64,000 nucleotides of DNA from a virus: positions 1 through 64,000 of the IMG/VR virus record IMGVR_UViG_3300045988_175722; one strand, 5' to 3'. The position numbers and the translations under genes were made by a program. Positions 15,478-21,176 of this stretch are shown piece after piece. The stretch's first letter is position 1, and each line of letters opens with the position of its first letter. Below the pieces are notes generated by a model, which did not search any database, was not told the origin of the DNA, and worked only from the letters and a program-made list of their open reading frames with translations.

Positions 15478-15517
15478 GCCCCGACCTAAGCCGGGGCACC
15501 GCGAGCCTTCCGGCTCG
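15478..15517 (+). terminator. tandem GC hairpins after 14513..15466
   Basis: GCCCCG-N8-CGGGGC (15478-15497) then CGAGCC-TTCC-GGCTCG (15502-15517). A further hairpin, CAGACTTTTGAAAGTCTG, lies about 55 nt downstream. Confidence 0.5.
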
Positions 15518-15614
15518 AATCTACTATAGTAGAAATTTGGCTCTCTAAGAGCGTTTAAATCCGCAGACTTTTGAAAGTCTGACCGTCAACGGAAGCTCTA
15601 TGTTTCTTTCTATT

Positions 15615-15660
15615 CCATAAAGGTACGATTAAATCAATATCCATAAAGGTACGATTGAAT
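15615..15660 (+). repeat. direct repeat CCATAAAGGTACGATTRAAT x2
   Basis: 15615-15634 and 15641-15660, 19/20 identical, period 26. The 11-mer AAGGTACGATT recurs immediately before the rep ATG (21166-21176). Confidence 0.8.
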
Positions 15661-15748
15661 GATCTTCCGAAGACGGGTGCAAATTTAAGAAATAAAATAA
15701 TACGGTGCAAGTATTTGCCCAAAAAATTATAGAATTTTAAGTTTTAAA

Positions 15749-15781
15749 AGCCCTACCGCATCGCGGATAAGCGGAATAAAG
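15749..15781 (+). promoter_or_regulatory. Leader-B copy 6 (stem CCGC/GCGG)
   Basis: AGCCCTA CCGC(15756-59) ATCGCGGATAA GCGG(15771-74) AATAAAG then ATG 15782. Confidence 0.6.
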
Positions 15782-16060
15782 ATGTTTAAGATATTGCACG
15801 CCTTCCTTGATTATCCCTTCTGCTCGTTCGAGTTTCTGAACCTCGATACCCAGGAGCATATATTTGCTTCATTCTTCGATGATCCTCTTTATGAGCTTCT
15901 GAAAGAGTGCGGAGTGAATTACGACCACGAGTTGGAAGGGAAGATAATAGAGAAGATTCCGTCCGATCTGCGCATACATACCAAGGAGTATGCCGTTATC
16001 AGGGCGCAACAGCATTTGGAAGGTTCCTGGTTCTTTCCTTGGTTAAAGAAGAAAAAGTAA
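15782..16060 (+). CDS. hypothetical protein
   Basis: 92-aa ORF with Leader-B upstream. Confidence 0.7.
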   Translation: MFKILHAFLDYPFCSFEFLNLDTQEHIFASFFDDPLYELLKECGVNYDHELEGKIIEKIPSDLRIHTKEYAVIRAQQHLEGSWFFPWLKKKK

Positions 16061-16071
16061 TATAATCATTC

Positions 16072-16104
16072 AGCCCTACCGCATCACGGCAAAGCGGAAA
16101 AGAT
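16072..16104 (+). promoter_or_regulatory. Leader-B copy 7 (stem CCGC/GCGG)
   Basis: AGCCCTA CCGC(16079-82) ATCACGGCAAA GCGG(16094-97) AAAAGAT then ATG 16105. Confidence 0.6.
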
Positions 16105-16290
16105 ATGGAGATCAATAAAACAACGAATAAGAAAGGTCGCCCCGCAGCAGAGGGCAAGGTTCATAAGTATGTAGTGCCCGATGATGTGCACGACTGGATT
16201 TCAAAGCATGGGGGCAGTAGATATATCACTGATACTTTCCGAGCTATCAAGGCTGTAACCTTGCAGGCTCAGGAAAATCCTTCTTTATAA
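16105..16290 (+). CDS. small basic protein
   Basis: 61-aa ORF with a basic N-terminus (KKGRPAAEGK). Leader-B upstream. Confidence 0.65.
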   Translation: MEINKTTNKKGRPAAEGKVHKYVVPDDVHDWISKHGGSRYITDTFRAIKAVTLQAQENPSL

Positions 16291-16312
16291 CATCGGTGAA
16301 ACATCACCGATG
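16291..16312 (+). terminator. 9-bp hairpin directly after stop of 16105..16290
   Basis: CATCGGTGA / AACA / TCACCGATG, flanked by conserved TATAACATCGG ... GCTGCGATAAAA. Confidence 0.45.
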
Positions 16313-16364
16313 CTGCGATAAAAATATAATATCAATATTAATACTTTAAAGATTATAGGCAATT

Positions 16365-16487
16365 ATGAAAAAAGCAATTACTTACTCTCTTGCAGCCCTC
16401 GCCTTCGTAGGCGTAGCCGTGCTGCTCTTCTCTACCATCGGCGTAGCAGTGTTCTTCCTCCCACTTCTGGCAGGAGCATTCAAGTAA
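16365..16487 (+). CDS. 40-aa hydrophobic peptide (below ORF-track cutoff)
   Basis: Hand translation gives MKKAITYSLAALAFVGVAVLLFSTIGVAVFFLPLLAGAFK with TAA at 16485-16487. AT-rich leader AAAGATTATAGGCAATT-ATG. Preferred over antisense ORF 16382..16582. Confidence 0.5.
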   Translation: MKKAITYSLAALAFVGVAVLLFSTIGVAVFFLPLLAGAFK

Positions 16488-16690
16488 GATATAACAATTT
16501 TAATACTTTCGATTTTAAAGATTATAAGATAACTGTGCCAACGGGGAGAAATAATGGCGCAGGTGCGAAGAAAATGCACCATCTGGTTGGCGTAGCAGTA
16601 AAAGCTATGCCGCCACCCAGGTGCTAGCCAGCAAAAAAAAAGCGCGAAGGTATATAATAATTCCGGAAACCTTTGCGTTACTTAGATATA

Positions 16691-16720
16691 TATTATAGAA
16701 CAATTTTAAAACTTAGAATT
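16691..16720 (+). promoter_or_regulatory. Leader-A copy
   Basis: TATTATAGAACAATTTTAAAACTTAGAATT then ATG 16721 (30 nt). Confidence 0.6.
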
Positions 16721-17530
16721 ATGGAAGAAGACGGAAAAGTAATATGGGCTATTCCTTGCGCTGATCATGCTATCTTTATAGATACGAATGGCTACCTATC
16801 GGAACGTTATGGCATGGCCAGTGTGATGGGTAAATATGGTGAAGAAATTAATTTTATTGATGAGGACGGGCTAACAATGGAACCGTATGGTAATATGCCA
16901 TCAGATTCTATTATCGGAAGACGCGGCGAAACCATTCCTATTTGTCGCTTGAGTGAAGCGGTTGCTTATACTCTCGATGTAGAATCGATATTTTTTGATT
17001 TGGACGAGTTAGGCTTGAACGTAGATGTTTCAAGTATGAAGCAGACCCTAGAAGTTCATTTTATACGCAATAATGCCACACAAAAGCCTACTTATAGTAT
17101 GTATATTAATATTAAGGATGGAGCGGTTGTATTTGATGATCTTTCTTACAACTTCGTGTATATGGATAATCTGGAGTGCGTTGGCGTAAAATTTATGCAA
17201 GATAGAGATATTGATCCGCGCCGTTTGAGCGGAAGTGTCATCCAGTATCTATATGAATACAGCTGCTATCGTGATGCCCTGGTCGATGTTGAGATATATT
17301 TCGATAAGAGGATTTATTGCGGTGTGTGTGATGATAAGGATGCAGCATACAATAAGGAAGTTTACGCTGATGAGGAGAAATATCTGGGTAAATTACGTAA
17401 GTACGTTCGCGATACATTGAAAAAAATGTGGGATGAGCACAAAAATGAGGCAGCTCGTATCAAGGATTACCAGAAAGCAAGGCTGCAGGTTGCCAGCAAG
17501 TACGATAAGGACCCTAACCTGATAGAGTAA
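16721..17530 (+). CDS. hypothetical protein
   Basis: The track ORF 16673..17530 is trimmed to MEEDGKV at the Leader-A distance. 269 aa. Confidence 0.7.
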   Translation: MEEDGKVIWAIPCADHAIFIDTNGYLSERYGMASVMGKYGEEINFIDEDGLTMEPYGNMPSDSIIGRRGETIPICRLSEAVAYTLDVESIFFDLDELGLNVDVSSMKQTLEVHFIRNNATQKPTYSMYINIKDGAVVFDDLSYNFVYMDNLECVGVKFMQDRDIDPRRLSGSVIQYLYEYSCYRDALVDVEIYFDKRIYCGVCDDKDAAYNKEVYADEEKYLGKLRKYVRDTLKKMWDEHKNEAARIKDYQKARLQVASKYDKDPNLIE

Positions 17531-17621
17531 GAAACAACTACGTTATAGCATCGGGGAGGAATGACTGATTTCTCCCTCGCTGCGACAAAATTATAATATA
17601 AACTTTTAAATTTTTGGGCTT

Positions 17622-18664
17622 ATGAAAACTAAGACGTTTTTATTTGCCACCACCTTTGCGATGATGGCAGCCTGCATGGGTATCAATACCTCATGCAGCA
17701 AGTTGGCGATGGACGATGTAGTAGAGAATGGCAACGGGGATGAGGACGGCAGTCAGGCGACTCCTGCGGGTAAGGAGCATGTGAAGCTGAACTTTTCTAC
17801 CAGTTTGCCTACGGTAGAAACAAGCGGTACCCGTGGCTCCCATGGGGCGAATGGTACCCGTGGTGTTGATGGTGCGGCCGGAGTGGCTGGTACCCGTGCA
17901 TCCTTGCAGGCAGATGGCAAGGATATGACCGACATCTATATCTTTGACTACGACAAGACGAGCGGAAAGCTTCTGCAGGTGTTGCACCAGACGAACTCTT
18001 CCGCCGATTTCGCTCAGCCAGATATGACGCTGGCATACGGCGATCATACATTGAAGGTGATTGCTACCCGTAGCCTCTCCCCTACCCTGACGGATGCGGA
18101 GAAGACAACGTGGGCGGTGAATGATAATGTGCTCACGGCAGTGGGCGACGCTACCCCTGCCATCTGGACGAGCGAGAAGACATCTGATAGCTTCGGAGCG
18201 ATTAAGGATATTAGTGTGGTTCCGGCAAGGTTCAGATGGTGAACATTGCCCTGGAGCGTATCGTGGCAAAGTTGATACTGAACTGTACGGAGACTTATCC
18301 GGAGGATTGTGACGCGATGGTGGCCGAGTTCAGCGAGTACAAAGATTTCTCATTGAGCAGTTTTGACGTTATGAGCGCCGTGAAAAATCAGCGTACCTAT
18401 GACGTTACACCTTATGCAGGACTTAGCGGTAAGGGTGTATATTACTATGTACTGGTGCCAAAAACGGGTTACACCACGGATATTGCTGTAACAATGACCA
18501 GAAAGAACAGCGAGAAGCCTTATTCACAATTCACCATCACTGATGTGCCATTGGAGAGAAATAAGGTTACTACCGTGAAGGGTCAGTATTATAGCCACCA
18601 ATCCGGCATCACCTTTTCTCTGAAGTCAGAGTGGGATAAGAACGGGAATGATATTGCTATTTAG
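17622..18664 (+). pseudogene. fimbrillin-like surface lipoprotein with collagen-like G-X-Y run, split by a frameshift near 18215-18240
   Basis: ORF 17622..18242 has a signal peptide plus lipobox (INTSC) and eight G-X-Y triplets (GTRGSHGANGTRGVDGAAGVAGTR). ORF 18236..18664 continues in the +2 frame, which is open from 18215 (SGKVQMVNIALERIVAKL...), a motif typical of FimB/Mfa2-type proteins. One extra base around GTGGTTCCGG would explain the split. Confidence 0.5.
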
Positions 18665-18691
18665 TTTATAGTTTATAGAATAGAATAAAAA

Positions 18692-18729
18692 GGTGCAATC
18701 GTACTATAGCACTCTAGTACGATTGCACC
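18692..18729 (+). terminator. intrinsic terminator after the lipoprotein gene
   Basis: GGTGCAATCGTACTA (18692-18706) / 8-nt loop / TAGTACGATTGCACC (18715-18729). Perfect 15-bp stem followed by a T-rich tract. Confidence 0.7.
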
Positions 18730-18752
18730 TTTCACCTTTTCTTTATTCCTCT

Positions 18753-19399
18753 TTGGTACTATGGTGCATTTGCACCTTCGCACCTTCACATATTAACACT
18801 ATGGGGCATTCGCTCAATCGCACTTTGGTACGATTTAGTATTCGTACTATTCCACCTTGGTACTATGGAGCATTTGTACTACTATACATTGGTACGATTA
18901 AACATCCATACTATTTAAGTATTTGCACTATTGTACATTAGTGCGATGGTACATTGGTACGATGGGGCATTTGCACCAATGTACATAAGCCACGGGTAAA
19001 CGGTTTCGTAGATATGATTTTCTTTTCTTTTCTTCTGATACATAAGCATATATATATTCCCCCGATGCAGTAAATGAGAAAATAAATGAGAAGATAAATG
19101 AGAGAGCAAATGAATTTTTGCTCTATAGTTCTATTCGCCTTTCGTATTATAACACTTTCGTACAATACCGCTTTTACACTATAGTACTTTTGTACTATTC
19201 CTATTCTTAATAATTAAATAAGATTAAAATCTTAAAAATATATGCGGATTTTCTTGCAGGTTCCGATATTTTTTTGTACTTTTGCACCGTAGTACTTTGG
19301 TACGATGGAACATTTGAACTTTGGTTCATTTGCACATTGTACGTTGGAACGTATATTCATTTGCACCTTTGTACATTGGTACGTTAGTGCATTTGTGCT
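18753..19399 (+). repeat. centromere-like (parS/parC) repeat array upstream of parA
   Basis: Five full 24-nt units TTGGTACNATGGNNCATTTGCACC at 18753, 18857, 18954, 19297 and 19376, plus many half units (TTGGTAC, CATTTGCAC). About 650 bp with no credible ORF. Confidence 0.6.
19253..19284 (+). promoter_or_regulatory. probable parA promoter embedded in the repeat array
   Basis: CTTG 19253-19256, 20 nt, TACTTTTG 19277-19284. Repeat units 19297-19399 lie between it and the parA ATG. Confidence 0.55.
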
Positions 19400-19448
19400 T
19401 TAGTACTCGTAGTTTAAATTTAATTATTAATACTTTAAAATAAAGATT

Positions 19449-20342
19449 ATGGCAGAAGATAGATTGAAAGAAGTTTTGGCCTTTGTAAATCACAAGGGTG
19501 GCGTTGGTAAGACTACAACCGTACAGAATCTTGCTGTAGGTTTGCGTCGATTCGGCAAAGGCAAGTTTGGATTGAATGCGGCTGGCAAGCAGCGCTTACC
19601 ACGCATCCTGCTCATCGACCTCGATCCCCAGGGTTCGCTCTCCTTCCTTTTCGACCGCAGCGGGACCAAGCATCCCGAGCAGCTCACTATCTACGATTCG
19701 CTGGTAGAGCAGAAGCCTATCCCTATCTATCAGGTGAGAGAGGGCATCTACCTGGCTCCTGCATCCAAGAAATTGATTTCCATTGAGCCTTTTTTAAATC
19801 TGCGTGCAGTGCCAAGAAAGGCACTCTTCAAGCTGATGGCGAAGCCGCTTGCCCTGATGAGCGAGGAGGATGGCGACCTGGCGAGTGATGGCATTGATTA
19901 CAAGGATGGTGTAAACATAATGGAGGCATTCGATTTTGTGTTACTAGATTGCCCACCTGCGCTGTCCCTGCTCACCTATAATGCACTCACGGCTGCATCG
20001 GGTGCCGTGCTTCCGGTGCAACTGGAAGCATTGGCAACGAAGGGTATTTCCGAAATCATTAATGCCATCAAGGAGACGCGAGAGGATTTGAATGCTAATC
20101 TGAATATCCGCGGAATGTTAATGGTTATGAGTAATGATCAGACTAGAGCCACCAAGGAATATAAGGAATATTTGGGTGATACGTTCGAGAAGTATCTTTT
20201 TAAAGCCTACACCCGTCGTGATACCAAGATGGTAGAGGCGCAGTCGCTGAAAAAGTCTATTTTTGAGCGTACGCCTTATTGCAGAGTAGGTTTAGACTAC
20301 GAGCAGTTTACCAAGGAAGTGATGGACACCATGCCTGATTAA
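19449..20342 (+). CDS. parA: ParA/Soj-family partition ATPase
   Basis: 297 aa. Deviant Walker A NHKGGVGKTTT at the N-terminus, then LLIDLDPQGS and VLLDCPPALS motifs. Confidence 0.9.
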   Translation: MAEDRLKEVLAFVNHKGGVGKTTTVQNLAVGLRRFGKGKFGLNAAGKQRLPRILLIDLDPQGSLSFLFDRSGTKHPEQLTIYDSLVEQKPIPIYQVREGIYLAPASKKLISIEPFLNLRAVPRKALFKLMAKPLALMSEEDGDLASDGIDYKDGVNIMEAFDFVLLDCPPALSLLTYNALTAASGAVLPVQLEALATKGISEIINAIKETREDLNANLNIRGMLMVMSNDQTRATKEYKEYLGDTFEKYLFKAYTRRDTKMVEAQSLKKSIFERTPYCRVGLDYEQFTKEVMDTMPD

Positions 20343-20367
20343 TATTTAATATAATGATTTATAGATT

Positions 20368-20757
20368 ATGGTAGAGAAAGTAAAAAAGCCGTATAACGCA
20401 TTTACGCTTGAAGGTTCTGACCTCGTAGAGGAGAACGAGAAGGTTTTGAATGATGATGCAGCACCTGTTTCTTCGTCATCTGCTGCATCATCTACATCGC
20501 AGCAGGAGCAATCCTCACAGCAGGAGCCCCCAGAGCAGCCAGCGCAGCGCATTGCACCTGTAGTAAATGTGCAGCCTACAAAGACTACAAAGACCGTGAA
20601 GCTGATTCTCCCGATAGAGTATTATTTCTCGTTAGCGAGAATCAAAGAGTGCACAAATAAGTCTTTGCAGGACTTGGCAGCCCAGGCCGTGATGGACTTC
20701 GTAGATAATTTCGGAAAGAAGCAGGTAAACGAAAAGTCAGATTTGGTACCGAAATAG
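20368..20757 (+). CDS. small partition adaptor, ParG/RHH-like centromere-binding protein (by context)
   Basis: 129 aa immediately after parA. Disordered Ser/Gln/Pro-rich N-half. The C-terminal KTVKLILPIEYYFSLARIKECTNKSLQDLAAQAVMDFVDNF fits a strand-helix-helix (ribbon-helix-helix) pattern. Confidence 0.5.
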   Translation: MVEKVKKPYNAFTLEGSDLVEENEKVLNDDAAPVSSSSAASSTSQQEQSSQQEPPEQPAQRIAPVVNVQPTKTTKTVKLILPIEYYFSLARIKECTNKSLQDLAAQAVMDFVDNFGKKQVNEKSDLVPK

Positions 20758-20786
20758 TACCGAAGGGTATAGTTTTTGGAACCAAC

Positions 20787-20874
20787 TCACTACATTTATG
20801 GCCAGGTTTCACTACATTTATGGCCGGGTTTCACTACATTTATGGCTAAGTTTCACTACAAATGTGGCTAAGTT
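20787..20874 (+). repeat. iteron array, 4 contiguous 22-bp direct repeats
   Basis: TCACTACATTTATGGCCAGGTT at 20787, 20809, 20831 and 20853 (1-5 substitutions each). Confidence 0.9.
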
Positions 20875-21044
20875 TGAAACTTAACTATCTATGTTTCAGA
20901 AAGTTAGTGTTTTCGGAATATCGAATATAGAAGATGGAATATATTATATATAAGAGTTTATCTTTATATATATCAAAGATTCTATATTTAATATTCTATA
21001 TTCCGAGATAGCTAATTTGGTGGCTATCAATAAGTTGGATATCA
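20875..21044. other. AT-rich spacer of the origin (candidate unwinding region)
   Basis: 170 bp between the two opposed iteron arrays. Long ATAT/TATA runs (for example ATATATTATATATAAGAG and TTTATATATATC). Confidence 0.55.
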
Positions 21045-21154
21045 AAGTTATCCATAAATGTAGCGAAACTTAGCCATAAATGTAGTGAAACCTGGCCACA
21101 AATGTAGTGAAACCTGGCCACAAATGTAGTGAAACCTGGCCACAAATGTAGTGA
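21045..21154 (-). repeat. iteron array, 5 contiguous 22-bp repeats in inverted orientation
   Basis: AACCTGGCCACAAATGTAGTGA at 21089, 21111 and 21133; variants at 21045 and 21067. These are the reverse complement of the left array. The array ends 22 nt before the rep ATG. Confidence 0.9.
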
Positions 21155-21176
21155 CATTATATAATAAGGTACGATT

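Noticed and set aside
4500-17621. CRISPR array or integron-like attC cassette array, as explanations for the regularly recurring leader motifs.
   Set aside because: The repeats are separated by whole ORFs of very different length (0.15-1 kb), not by uniform 30-40 nt spacers. The motif lacks the RYYYAAC/GTTRRRY core sites and the imperfect-palindrome geometry of attC. No cas or intI gene is present.
18693-19165. ORFs 18693..18941(+), 18915..19109(-) and 18938..19165(-) in the region upstream of parA.
   Set aside because: The region is a mosaic of short DNA repeats. The predicted peptides are low-complexity translations of those repeats, with no start context.
21048-21056. DnaA box (TTATCCATA versus consensus TTATCCACA) at the inner edge of the right iteron array.
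   Set aside because: It is a single 8/9 match inside a degenerate iteron in AT-rich DNA and could easily arise by chance. It is mentioned only as a possibility.
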